This document shows, one piece after another, positions 23,488-32,776 of a stretch of 64,000 bases of DNA (positions are counted from its first letter, which is position 1; each line of letters begins with the position of its first letter). Location of the stretch: contig JAJYLW010000009.1 of assembly GCA_021787475.1 (NCBI GenBank), forward strand, positions 7,722 to 71,721, written 5' to 3'. Position numbers and translations under genes: made by a program. The notes below the pieces were generated by a model. That model was given only the letters and a program-made list of their open reading frames with translations, did not search any database and was not told the origin of the DNA. Source of the stretch: Actinomycetes bacterium (GTDB taxonomy: Bacteria > Actinomycetota > Thermoleophilia > BMS3ABIN01).

Positions 23488-23724
23488 TTTCGGGCATCCG
23501 GCCCGAGCTGATCGGCACAATCTTCCGGCTAGGCAACTTTCCCCAGTTTGCTTGGTGAATTATTCTCAAATTTGAACTGACAAATCCTGACTATTTTTGT
23601 ATACTAATAGTGTTCCATTAGGTCTCAATTAAATGCCATCGGGTGCGATAACTCTCTTATCCCGGAAATTGCCTTAACAGCAGACAGAATGGTGACCAGC
23701 AAGAATCTGCGAATCGAGTAATAG

Positions 23725-24444
23725 ATGCCCGACAAGACAATCCTGATAGCAGACGGAAGACCGGACGCGCTCCAGTTTGCGAAAGAATGCTTTATTGAAG
23801 CCGGCTACCGTGTGCTTACCGCTGCCGATGGCGCCGCTGTCAGGCAAATTGCCCACGAAGAGCGCCCGGATGCAATCATGATTGACTTCGATATCGATGG
23901 GTGTGACATCTGCAAGGGCCTCAAAAATGATAAAGGCTTCAAATACGTTCCGGTGATTCTCACAAACGATAAATCTTCCCCCGAAGACGCTGTGGCCGGT
24001 TTTGAGGCCGGCGCCCATGATTATTTGATAAAGCCGTTTGAGAACAAAGACGAGACGCTCGCCAGGCTGGGAGCAGCGGTCCGGATCAAGCTGACTTATG
24101 ATCACCTGCTTAACAAGAACAGGAAGCTGGAGGCGCTGGCAAAGCATATTCGCGCCGCGATGCAGCGCTACCAGCAGCCGGGCGCGCCGGCGGCCAACGG
24201 TTACACGGATGAAGAGGACCTAAACGACGGCGACGGGATGGCGCGGCTGACCCGTCGCGAGATGGAGATTCTTGCGCTGCTGGCCCGAGGCCTGAGCAAC
24301 GAAGTTATCTCGAAACAGCTCTATATCAGCCCTACGACGACGCGCAATCATATCCAGAACATTCTTGGCAAGCTTGGAGTGCACAGCAAGCTCGAAGCCG
24401 TCGCCAGCGCCGTCCGGGCGGGATATATTGATTTTGCCGGCTAG
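23725..24444 (+). CDS. response regulator, REC + LuxR-type HTH (NarL/FixJ family)
   Basis: N-terminal receiver (ILIADG...IMIDFDIDG...K) and C-terminal GerE/LuxR HTH (LTRREMEILALLARGLSNEVISKQLYISPTTTRNHI). Confidence 0.85.
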   Translation: MPDKTILIADGRPDALQFAKECFIEAGYRVLTAADGAAVRQIAHEERPDAIMIDFDIDGCDICKGLKNDKGFKYVPVILTNDKSSPEDAVAGFEAGAHDYLIKPFENKDETLARLGAAVRIKLTYDHLLNKNRKLEALAKHIRAAMQRYQQPGAPAANGYTDEEDLNDGDGMARLTRREMEILALLARGLSNEVISKQLYISPTTTRNHIQNILGKLGVHSKLEAVASAVRAGYIDFAG

Positions 24445-24522
24445 ATCCTGGCATCGCTTCAAACAAGAAAGCTATCTCCGCAGAACAGTCCTGAGCATCA
24501 ATTGGCGTTTGAGTAGAGGCGC

Positions 24523-24561
24523 AACAAAAGGGGCACGGCATGCCGTGCCCCTTCCTTTTTC
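24523..24561. terminator. bidirectional Rho-independent terminator between convergent genes
   Basis: Perfect 26-bp palindrome AAGGGGCACGGCA|TGCCGTGCCCCTT flanked by an A-run upstream and CTTTTTC downstream. Confidence 0.7.
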
Positions 24562-24579
24562 TAACGATATGTCTTTGCC

Positions 24580-25260
24580 TCACGCAGCGCGGCGGTACGT
24601 CCGCTGCGGCTCGGCCTCCTCCTCTTGACTGCCACGCCTCATGCTCATCCTTGCGTTAAGCGACGTCGCTCCAATCCAGCCGCCCAGGACGGCGGTGACA
24701 AGGCTGGCGATAGCGCCCGCCAGGAACCAGCCGTTCATGGTGCTGGCCATGGTCCCGGCCAGAGTTACATCCGGCGGAGTGATGGCCGTGGCATTAGGCA
24801 CGTATGCCTTCAGCAGGGATGTGGCATTAATGCCAAAGCCCAGGGTTCCACTGAATCCAAAGATCCCCAGAGTGATGCCGGCGACAATTACCAGCCCCCA
24901 GGTGGTCATTCCCTGCCAGAGACCGTTGAGGGATACCGGCGTCTTCTCCAGCCCGGCGGCCATCAGCGCACCGATGAAGGTCGCGACGGCGGCGCTTGCC
25001 GCAACCCAGACCCCCACTGAATTGATGATGCCGTTCAGGCCGGCCAGTGAGGCCTTGGATGAGGCGCCCACGCCCAGAAAGCCACCAAATGCAACAAACA
25101 ACAACTGCAGGGCCAGGGCCACCAGCACACCTGCGACAATTGCTCCGCCGCTGATGTGTTTGCGAAACACCCCAACGGCGCTTGCCAGCGGCTCATTGTA
25201 TTCTTGATACCAGCCGGGACGGTTTTCACTGACCGCTTCTTGTTTTCTGCTTGCTTCCAT
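24580..25260 (-). CDS. glycine-rich integral membrane protein of unknown function
   Basis: 226 aa with about 5 TM helices. Strong SD (AAGGGAGG) 6 nt before the ATG. Confidence 0.5.
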   Translation of the reverse strand: MEASRKQEAVSENRPGWYQEYNEPLASAVGVFRKHISGGAIVAGVLVALALQLLFVAFGGFLGVGASSKASLAGLNGIINSVGVWVAASAAVATFIGALMAAGLEKTPVSLNGLWQGMTTWGLVIVAGITLGIFGFSGTLGFGINATSLLKAYVPNATAITPPDVTLAGTMASTMNGWFLAGAIASLVTAVLGGWIGATSLNARMSMRRGSQEEEAEPQRTYRRAA

Positions 25261-25435
25261 TTTTTGCCTCCCTTCTGTCTTTTAAATAGTTTCCTATAGC
25301 TCAAATGCTGACCATTTTTTCGATGGTTAAACCACCAATTTGATTTTTTCACTATTTTTTAGGAAAAAAGCCGCCGTTGTCGGCCTGCCGGTGCAAGCAG
25401 CGCAAGACCTGGCTATAACGAGCATAGGCATTGGA

Positions 25436-25441
25436 GGTATA
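25436..25441 (+). promoter_or_regulatory. candidate -10 box for ssrA
   Basis: TATAAT lies 28 nt upstream of the mature tmRNA 5' end; the precursor would be trimmed by RNase P. Confidence 0.4.
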
Positions 25442-25469
25442 ATAAATAATGTAAAGTACAGAATCCGTT

Positions 25470-25827
25470 TGGGGGCGACCTGGTTTCGACGGGGTCTATC
25501 TGGACGGGAGCAGCAAGCCGAGCTTCCGGCGGGCTCGTAAAACTGCCGGAAACCTAAAGTAAACGCAGACAATAATCTAGCGTTAGCCGCTTAATTTAAG
25601 CGGCTCATCGCCCCCGGCTGACCGCGGCCGGGACCAGCGGTGTCAGATAGCGGCCTATGCCGCCGCAGCCGCCTCTCGCCGCGGCGTGCGAAGCTTTAGA
25701 GAGGCTGGCAGACCGGATCCGGTCTTCGCGGAGCCGGCGCGCGAGACTTAAAAAGCGAAGACTAAGCTTGTAGCGGCTCCCCTTCGGGTGGCTTCGGACG
25801 CGGGTTCGATTCCCGCCGCCTCCACCA
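25470..25827 (+). ncRNA. ssrA: transfer-messenger RNA (tmRNA)
   Basis: 5' GGGGGCGACCUGGUUUCGACGGGG with a G3:U wobble acceptor. 3' T-arm/acceptor GGACGCGGGTTCGATTCCCGCCGCCTCCACCA. Internal tag reading frame GCA GAC AAT AAT CTA GCG TTA GCC GCT TAA, giving (A)DNNLALAA. A TATAAT -10 lies at 25436-25441. Confidence 0.95.
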
Positions 25828-25836
25828 TCATTCGCA

Positions 25837-25850
25837 CCTCTGAAAATGCC
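25837..25850. repeat. target-site duplication, left copy (CCTCTGAAAATGCC)
   Basis: 14 bp identical to 40535-40548, each directly abutting a terminus of the inverted repeats. Confidence 0.8.
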
Positions 25851-26307
25851 GGGGTATAGGGATGTGCAAAGCGTGGACCACCTGTGACAAATGATACTAT
25901 GTGTGCTGAACCCCTGCTCTTGCGAGGTCTTTTGATTCACCAGTAGGTCTATGTTATGGTGGCGGATGGTTGACTTGCGGCTTGCTAGTTGATACATAAA
26001 GATGTAAGTGCTAGTTTGGTAAGTCAGTGGGGTGAGTGGTGTTCTGGTCGCAACCGCAGGATATCGGGACTGGTTCAACTTCGCCTGCCACCAAGCAAGG
26101 CCCGCAGGTAGCCCGGTCTCTTCGGGTGCAGAAGCTTCGAGAAGTAGGGATTAGGTTGGCCGGGATAGCATTGGGCTGGTAGGCAATGCGTAGGACCAGT
26201 CTTGACCCCATTGGAGCCACCCCGTTCATGTCCAGGACGTTGCAGCTAGTCTTGTTTGACATCATTACATTTTGTAAGGTGATTGGAGCTACCCGCTCAC
26301 GACCAGG
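25851..26307. repeat. left terminal inverted repeat (TIR-L)
   Basis: Inner 115 bp (26193-26307) are about 98% identical to the reverse complement of 40135-40250. The terminal 40 bp match the reverse complement of 40495-40534. The middle part is more diverged and carries indels. Confidence 0.8.
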
Positions 26308-26355
26308 ATCCAAACCGCAATTTACTGTCCCAGGAAACCCGACCACATCTTTCCT

Positions 26356-26754
26356 CTATTTATTGAGGATCAAACAATAATCTTCCCACTTAAGATCCAG
26401 AAGAAATTGATATTTCTCTTCTAATTCTCTTGTACGTCCTTGAAAATATATTTCCCTAATATCATTGTCTGATAAATTCCTGAAATCGTTACAAATCGAC
26501 TGGTAATAAAGCTTCGATATTTCGTATTTATTGTCAGCTGGTTGAACAAAAAGAAGATTTTTAAAATCTAATATTAAAATCCAATAATCTATGAATCTTT
26601 CACCCGTTGCTTGGCTTAAAACAGAGATCAAAAGGTCTTTAATAAGACGTGACCAAGTGCATTTCCCCACAATGCAAACAACATAATGACCGACGGGTAT
26701 TTCATCCCTTGTGGCAATTTGAAGTTCACCATATTTTAAGCCCCGTGATTTCAA
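26356..26754 (-). CDS. hypothetical protein (AT-rich cargo)
   Basis: 132-aa ORF with low GC relative to its surroundings. Confidence 0.35.
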   Translation of the reverse strand: MKSRGLKYGELQIATRDEIPVGHYVVCIVGKCTWSRLIKDLLISVLSQATGERFIDYWILILDFKNLLFVQPADNKYEISKLYYQSICNDFRNLSDNDIREIYFQGRTRELEEKYQFLLDLKWEDYCLILNK

Positions 26755-26757
26755 CAG

Positions 26758-27426
26758 CTAAGATAAAGAAATCAAGCGCTGAACTAAAATAGGAGTGATA
26801 AGTCCCTCGATGAGACCTGCAATTATAAAAAGGAAAATTATTAAAGGAAATACTTTCAGGCTATGGTTATAAATTTCTTTTATCTTCTCTTTGAATGCTA
26901 CGTTATTCCTTTTCATCAAAATTGTCGGCGCTCTAAGGGTTAAACTTGTTGTCAGTATAATTGCTGGTACTTCAAATAATAGATGAGGCAAAGCTAATGG
27001 AAACAGATAACCATGAACACCAACACCCGAAATTAATCCCCAATTTACCCCCAGATCAAAGCCAATAATACTTGCTTTAAATAAACCCACTAAGGCAGTA
27101 ATTGGAATTGGTGAAGTCAACACTAAGAAAAAACTTGTTCCGACATTCTTAGAAATCGTCATATATGTTTGGGGCTGTTTATCCCAAGAATCATAAAAGC
27201 TACTAAGAATATTTCTGGTATCTTCCCTGGTTTGGTTTTGTTTATTATCAATATCATATGGAATATTGCCGGGCGTGTTAATTAAATTAATTGCTTCTTT
27301 TTGATTATTAATATTACTTATTCTGGCTTGAAGCTGACCGCTTAAGTATCCAAGAAATATGGTAACGAAAAATAAGATCCCAGCAATTATGATTAATATT
27401 CTATCTTGTTTGATAGCATGAATCAT
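26758..27426 (-). CDS. SpoIIM/DUF95-like integral membrane protein
   Basis: 222 aa with multiple TM helices. The C-terminal GVHGYLFPLALPHLLFEVPAIILT pattern resembles the DUF95/SpoIIM family. Confidence 0.4.
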   Translation of the reverse strand: MIHAIKQDRILIIIAGILFFVTIFLGYLSGQLQARISNINNQKEAINLINTPGNIPYDIDNKQNQTREDTRNILSSFYDSWDKQPQTYMTISKNVGTSFFLVLTSPIPITALVGLFKASIIGFDLGVNWGLISGVGVHGYLFPLALPHLLFEVPAIILTTSLTLRAPTILMKRNNVAFKEKIKEIYNHSLKVFPLIIFLFIIAGLIEGLITPILVQRLISLS

Positions 27427-27442
27427 TGTTAACTTCTAATTA

Positions 27443-27709
27443 TTACGAGAGTGAACTCAATAAATATTCTATCTGACTAGGGAGATCTCTTAATTCTTGC
27501 TGTACGGCTTTTTTATCCGCGTCAGGCAAAGCGCCGTAAGTATAATCATATATATCTTTTCCAATCTTATAAGAATTTTGAAGAGCATCCGGATTTGGGT
27601 AACATTGTTCTTCTTGTTCGGCGCATGCGGCCCTGTAATAATTTTCCTCCGGGAGGCATAACGGCGATTCTTCGCCTTCATTCGTCGGATTTTGACTCTG
27701 TTGATTCAC
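27443..27709 (-). CDS. small acidic Cys-containing hypothetical protein
   Basis: 88-aa ORF co-oriented with the neighbouring AT-rich genes. Confidence 0.3.
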   Translation of the reverse strand: MNQQSQNPTNEGEESPLCLPEENYYRAACAEQEEQCYPNPDALQNSYKIGKDIYDYTYGALPDADKKAVQQELRDLPSQIEYLLSSLS

Positions 27710-27814
27710 AGACCACTTCTAAGTCTATGATTCTACGAACTTAAGAACTAATAAAACCTGGCAAGCCATGGACTCAGAACATGAATGTGGTGGTGCTTAA
27801 ACTAGCATTCCCGG

Positions 27815-30778
27815 TCAGCCGATGACAACTGCGGTAAGGGCCTTCCGCAGCTTGTTCACTGTGGCTGCCCCAGGCTCAACTTTACCTGCCAGAAAACGCA
27901 GCACGGTACTGTGTGAAAGTCCTGCCGCCCGGGCCACTCTCCGCACTCCGTGCTTCCTGCAGACAATCGCCACCCGCTCTTGTAGCTCAGTGAGACTGCC
28001 GCCCGCTGCCCCGTACCTGATCTGCGCCTCTGGGTCCTCGCCGGTCAGTGAGCGTTCCTCCCAGCGATTGGCTTCCTTACCAATATATTGAATGCCGTTT
28101 ACGTCCGGCACCCGAATATGACGGCGGCGAAGCAAACCCGCCTCTGTGTAATCGCCGCCAATAAACTTCGTCTCCGGGTGCAGGTGGTAACGGACAAGAG
28201 CCTGTAGGTAAGTCTTGAGAAGCTCAGGAGTGACAGTCTCGCCAGTGTCCCGGTCAAAGCAATGCCTCACTGCAACTGCCGGGTCGGGATCAAAAGGTGA
28301 GACAGCCCGGGGCGATTGGGCCGTTTGCTGCCGCTTGTGCTTGCCGCCTCGGGAATCGAGTTCTACACAATTAAGCTGGGCGGCACTCCTGGCCTGATAG
28401 GCATTAAGAAAACCGAACGGGCGCACCTGCTGAGCATATGGCTTGCCCTTGTTGAAAGTGTCAAACCAGTGAAGAAGCCTCGGGCAGGTGGCCGCATAAC
28501 GGCTAAGCGCTACCGCGTCAAAGCCTGGCAGGCAGTCCAATTCGACTATCTGAAGGTGACCGGCAAGCGCTGCTTGGACAATTAGATACCAGAGATCATA
28601 CTGCCAGCGCTGAGTGCCAATCTCTAAGAGCGCCAGCCGGGGGGCTGGGACCCGGTCCGGCGCTTTCGCTTCCGGGTAGGGCGGCTGCAGGTGACCGAGG
28701 CCGTGGGCCGATGCCTTGCGCAGGACGGGCCTGCCGTCCGCGCCGATGTTAAAGAGAGCGTACCGCTTATCAGAGACTGCAAAGCAGTAAAGCGCTTCCG
28801 GCAGCCGGCCATCGAGGCTATAGTTCGCATCTTCCAGCTTGAACAGCTCGTCACCTGAGGTGTAGGGGTTAAGCTGTTCAAACCAGCCGCGTACGCGCTT
28901 AGTCCGCTTGTAAAACTCCTCCTCAGGCATACCCTGCGGGCAGGCCAGGGCCATGCTGTCGGTATCGCAAAAAGCCCAGCCGAGGCCCTCCTGCTCGGCC
29001 AAGGCCTCAACGACTCCCAGCATCAGCCGCGCCGCTCCCGTGGTCAGGGTGGCGAGCAATGGGTGAAAGTAACGGCCCGGCTCCTCAATGCTCGCCAGCT
29101 TCGCGGTACGCGGAGTCTCATCGCCGCCAAAGTAGACCTGTTCTTTCTGGCGGGCATAATCTTGCACATTCAGCTCGACGAAGATACCGTAGCAGCTGGA
29201 GTTGGCAACGATCTTCATCGCCAGCTGTTCGCTCGCCAGTCGTTCACGTTCTGATTCATTATTGCAGCTGCGCATCTGCTGCTTGACGCTGGAGCGCAGC
29301 TCAATCAATTTGAGGTAAAAATCATCCTTAGCGGGATCGATGCGGTAGTCAGGATTTCCCAAGATGTCAATCAGCTTTAGGCCCGGCTGCTGGCCCCGGG
29401 GGGTAAAGGCCAGCGCCCTGAGAATCTTCGGCGTCTTCCCAGTAAGCAGCTTGGAAACAAAAACGTCGGCCAGGGTGAACCAGAGCGGCTCTTTACTGGT
29501 CAGGTAATTAAGGCCGATCGAGTAGGCGGGGCTGCTATCGTCGTAGGCGCTACGCACCGGCAGGAGGTCAGCGTCTGCTTCGACCCGGGCGAGCACAGCC
29601 AGCTTGGCCCACGTCTCGGGGCGGGCCAGGTCGCTGAGCTTAAGGTTATCAACTATTGCTTGGGTCTCGGCGGTTGCTTCTCTCCAGTGGGCGCCGGTGG
29701 CGGTGACAAAGCGCCAGAGCCCCATGAGAACCGAGACAGTCGGGTACATCGAGAGAAAGTCGCAGTAGGCAACCTGAGAGACAACCCGCCTGAGGTGCAC
29801 TTCGGAGCGGCCGCCAAAGTAGCTTGCCATGATGATGCCTATAAGTTCGGGTGGTACGTCGGGCTGCAACTCGCGCCATGGTTTGACCCCCATCTCGCGC
29901 AGGCAGGCCTTGCCAATCGACGCCTCGCTCAGGATTGCCGAGACCGGTGTGGCGGCAAGCTTGAAACCCTCGTAACGGGCGGCGAGGAGCTGGGAGCACT
30001 CGAAGGTCACCTCAACGTCATTGCGCAGGTAGCCGAGGTAATTAGCGGTTAGCTCCCGGCCGTGTTCGGCCTCGGTCTTTTGATGTTTTGTGCCCAGCAA
30101 ACGGGCCAGTGAGGCCAGCGAATGCGAGCTGCCGGTCAGGGCAGCCGCCAGCGAGCGCACATCTGAAAAGAAGCCGCGCCTGGGGGGCCGCCGGTGGCGA
30201 CGCCGTCTCATGGAGCGGGCACTCCGCTGGCCGCCTGGGGCGGCGAAGTCGATCAGAGATGCGGTCCGCGACAGATGCTTGATGCGAACAGGCGGCCAGT
30301 TCTCGCTTAATGTCAGGGAGAAACCACCGCCCATCTTTTTACCCTTGGCTGGTCCATGCTTTATTGCCAGCCGGGAGAGGTCAAAAGGGAGATTGAAGCC
30401 GATAATCAGCGCATTTAACAGGTATGCCTGGCGGTAAAATATCGCCTCAATGAACTCGCTGACTGTTCTTAGCTTGAGGTCGTGGCGGCGGGCATAGCCC
30501 AGCAGGCGCCGGCGCTCTTTACTATTCAAGGCTTTTGGGTCAAAAAAGAGACCTTCCTCAACTAGTTCTTTCTTTTTGCGCAACTGGTAGCAACCTACCC
30601 GCAGCCGCTGCTCGGCGGTAGTCGTTGTCTCAGTATCGAATATGAGTGAGTAATCAGAAGGACCCAAGGGGGCGCTTCCCTCGTTGTTTGTAGTGGTCAT
30701 TTGACTGCCATTTCCGGTTTGTGGCACTGCGTAGGCACGCAGGGCGATTGGCTGCTCTATAGGTGCTGGCACTTTCAT
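27815..30778 (-). CDS. polB: family B DNA polymerase (casposon PolB) with 3'-5' exonuclease domain and C-terminal HTH
   Basis: Exo I IFDTETT, Exo II NLPFD, Exo III YLRNDVEV. Pol motif A DFLSMYPT, motif B KIVANSSCYG, motif C FCDTDSMA. C-terminal HTH (GLSHSTVLRFLAG). The start MKVPAP at 30778 overlaps the HNH gene stop (ATGA). Confidence 0.85.
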   Translation of the reverse strand: MKVPAPIEQPIALRAYAVPQTGNGSQMTTTNNEGSAPLGPSDYSLIFDTETTTTAEQRLRVGCYQLRKKKELVEEGLFFDPKALNSKERRRLLGYARRHDLKLRTVSEFIEAIFYRQAYLLNALIIGFNLPFDLSRLAIKHGPAKGKKMGGGFSLTLSENWPPVRIKHLSRTASLIDFAAPGGQRSARSMRRRRHRRPPRRGFFSDVRSLAAALTGSSHSLASLARLLGTKHQKTEAEHGRELTANYLGYLRNDVEVTFECSQLLAARYEGFKLAATPVSAILSEASIGKACLREMGVKPWRELQPDVPPELIGIIMASYFGGRSEVHLRRVVSQVAYCDFLSMYPTVSVLMGLWRFVTATGAHWREATAETQAIVDNLKLSDLARPETWAKLAVLARVEADADLLPVRSAYDDSSPAYSIGLNYLTSKEPLWFTLADVFVSKLLTGKTPKILRALAFTPRGQQPGLKLIDILGNPDYRIDPAKDDFYLKLIELRSSVKQQMRSCNNESERERLASEQLAMKIVANSSCYGIFVELNVQDYARQKEQVYFGGDETPRTAKLASIEEPGRYFHPLLATLTTGAARLMLGVVEALAEQEGLGWAFCDTDSMALACPQGMPEEEFYKRTKRVRGWFEQLNPYTSGDELFKLEDANYSLDGRLPEALYCFAVSDKRYALFNIGADGRPVLRKASAHGLGHLQPPYPEAKAPDRVPAPRLALLEIGTQRWQYDLWYLIVQAALAGHLQIVELDCLPGFDAVALSRYAATCPRLLHWFDTFNKGKPYAQQVRPFGFLNAYQARSAAQLNCVELDSRGGKHKRQQTAQSPRAVSPFDPDPAVAVRHCFDRDTGETVTPELLKTYLQALVRYHLHPETKFIGGDYTEAGLLRRRHIRVPDVNGIQYIGKEANRWEERSLTGEDPEAQIRYGAAGGSLTELQERVAIVCRKHGVRRVARAAGLSHSTVLRFLAGKVEPGAATVNKLRKALTAVVIG

Positions 30779-31287
30779 AGTTCGGCCCCCCGGCCAGTGA
30801 GCATGTTGGGAAGGCCCAGCGCCTCCCACCAGCGCGGCCCGTGCCGCTTGCGCATGCACTTTTCGAGTGCCTCAAGCCAGGCAATCACCGGAGCAAGAAG
30901 ACGCTCGGCGATCATCACCAGCCAGTCGCGGGCGCTGCGCAGGTTGGCGGCGGCCCGGAGCGCTGGACTACCCTCGGGGTTTCGGCGCGTCTCTTCGGGC
31001 CAGTCAACCTTGTAGTCATCCATAACGCGGTGGTCATTCGCGGCCATCGTAACCTCCATCTTTGGATTGTTTTTACGGCCGGCGGGGTGGTGGCGCTCTA
31101 CAGTGGAGCGCCCCTGCTGAGCGCACCTGTGCTCATAGCACTTGATATTGAGGTACGCGCCGGTCAGAGCCCGCCAATCACTCTCGCCGCAGCCGGGCAC
31201 ACTGCAGTGTGGACTCCGGGTGCCGAGGCGCTCGAAGGCATCTTCGGCGCGGGCCTCGGCGTTTGAGGGAAGTAACCTCTTTGTCAT
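30775..31287 (-). CDS. HNH endonuclease
   Basis: Cys-rich C..C ... ERHHPAGRKNNP ... pattern typical of HNH nucleases. Translationally coupled to polB. Confidence 0.6.
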   Translation of the reverse strand: MTKRLLPSNAEARAEDAFERLGTRSPHCSVPGCGESDWRALTGAYLNIKCYEHRCAQQGRSTVERHHPAGRKNNPKMEVTMAANDHRVMDDYKVDWPEETRRNPEGSPALRAAANLRSARDWLVMIAERLLAPVIAWLEALEKCMRKRHGPRWWEALGLPNMLTGRGAEL

Positions 31288-31306
31288 CGCTATCTCCTTT
31301 TTGTTG

Positions 31307-31888
31307 TTAAGCTACGATTTTGTAGACGTCCTGGAAGGATTCTGTCTGGGTTTCGGTAAGCCGGTAAAGGACGTTTTCGCGTGTCTCAAAAGGGTGGAAC
31401 TGGCCGCCGGCGTCCATCACCCCCTGGCCGGCGAACTCTTTCAGGGGAGCGGGGTCGTTACTGTCGAGAAACTGTCCCACTGCCGCCATATAGCGGCCTG
31501 CTAGTTGGGCCGAGTCGTAGTCGGGCAGAATGACGATCAGTTCACGCCCACGCGAGTAGATAAGCATCTGGCGCCGGCGAGCATCGGGGCCGACCTTCCA
31601 GCGGGCTTGCTCCTTGCGCCCTACGCCGGTGCGCACCAGGTAAGAGCGCAGTCGCTCAGGGGCGACGTGCAGGCGCCTGGCGGCGGCTGAAAGCGACTCG
31701 TCCTCGCGCACCTGCTTAAGCCCTTCTTCAAGCTCAGGGTCCCACGGGCGCGCTTTGATGATCTGGGACGTGTAGGGTTCGTGATGACGAGGATGACCGC
31801 GGGCCTGGGAGCGCGAGAGTCCCTTCGCTTGCCCGCGTTTGATCCGGCGGGCATACTCGCCTTTGTAGTCGCGCTTGCGGCGGGCCAT
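31307..31888 (-). CDS. hypothetical basic protein
   Basis: 193 aa with an Arg/Lys-rich N-terminus, in the polB operon. Confidence 0.4.
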   Translation of the reverse strand: MARRKRDYKGEYARRIKRGQAKGLSRSQARGHPRHHEPYTSQIIKARPWDPELEEGLKQVREDESLSAAARRLHVAPERLRSYLVRTGVGRKEQARWKVGPDARRRQMLIYSRGRELIVILPDYDSAQLAGRYMAAVGQFLDSNDPAPLKEFAGQGVMDAGGQFHPFETRENVLYRLTETQTESFQDVYKIVA

Positions 31889-31942
31889 CAGGACTCACCG
31901 CCCGCACCTTGCGTTGACAAGCACTGACCATTGCGATAGTAG

Positions 31943-32776
31943 TTACTCAAGACGAACCTCCCGCTTATAGGTGGTGGAGTTTGTCGATTGGGCCTGTGCG
32001 GAGGTGGTGCTCCGCACGGGCCGTTTTTTATTGCTCGGGCTGCCTCGCTGGCTGGCCTGCCCGCCGCGCTTGGGATGAGGCTGTGGTTGCCGTGAAAGTC
32101 GCCAGCGCCAGCTAGGATCGAGCACGTAGGCGTAGCGGTGTTTGGGCGGGCTTTTGCGCGCGACGATGGCCAAACCGGTGCGCCTAAGGTGAGCGACCGA
32201 GCCCGTGCCGAACCTGCCGGAAGCACTGCGGGGATGGATGCGAACGCCGTTAAGCTCGAAGTAGCGCTCCGGCTCGGTGGCACCGAGGTAAAGCCAGCCC
32301 GCGGCCTGGTAGATTGTCCCCACATGACCGGCGGCCGGGTCGGCGAAGCTCACGAGCAGCTTGTAGCTGCCCTCTCGGCGCAGCTTGCGCAGGATCAGTG
32401 AGAGCACCCGGCTTTCGTTATTGGGCGGCAGACCGTCGGCCATCCAGAAGCGGGCCAGGGTAGCGACGTCGGCGGGACGTGCCCCGGCCAGCAGGTGGTG
32501 GGCCTGGCGGGCACCGGCCGTGAAGACGCAGGCGCCCACCAGCTCGGAGCCGAGGTTCACGGTGTAGCAGCAGCGAACGACACCCGGCATTGAGTGCAGG
32601 TAGTGACACTTAACGACGAGGCTGCGCACGGCTGCGGCAGGCACGCGCTTAACCCGCAGGCTGCGTAATATGGAGCGGCCGGTCGGGACTCGAACCCGCG
32701 CCTCCTCGCTGGTGGGGCGAGGCGTCCTGCCATTAGACGACGGCCGCAGGGGATGCGCTGGGGGTGCAGGCTTCAC
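31943..32776 (-). CDS. putative GNAT-fold Mom-like DNA-modification protein (tentative)
   Basis: Motif pattern HYLHSMPG...ELVGACVF...LVSFADPAAGHVGTIYQAAGWLYLG recalls Mom-like acyltransferases. This is from memory and no search was run. Confidence 0.3.
   Translation of the reverse strand: MKPAPPAHPLRPSSNGRTPRPTSEEARVRVPTGRSILRSLRVKRVPAAAVRSLVVKCHYLHSMPGVVRCCYTVNLGSELVGACVFTAGARQAHHLLAGARPADVATLARFWMADGLPPNNESRVLSLILRKLRREGSYKLLVSFADPAAGHVGTIYQAAGWLYLGATEPERYFELNGVRIHPRSASGRFGTGSVAHLRRTGLAIVARKSPPKHRYAYVLDPSWRWRLSRQPQPHPKRGGQASQRGSPSNKKRPVRSTTSAQAQSTNSTTYKREVRLE

Noticed and set aside
26193-26307. The internal imperfect about 35-bp direct repeats GCAACGTCCTG…GGGTRGCTCCAAT inside each TIR as a mini CRISPR array
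   Set aside because: There are only two non-identical units per copy, and they are part of the TIR. There is no spacer-repeat periodicity.
26186-26380. ORFs 26186-26380 (+) and 40089-40337 (-) sharing the peptide LDPIGATPFMSRTLQLVLFDIITFCKVIGATRSRPG
   Set aside because: They are translations of the two copies of the terminal inverted repeat. They are identical because the DNA is repeated, and they have no start or RBS context.
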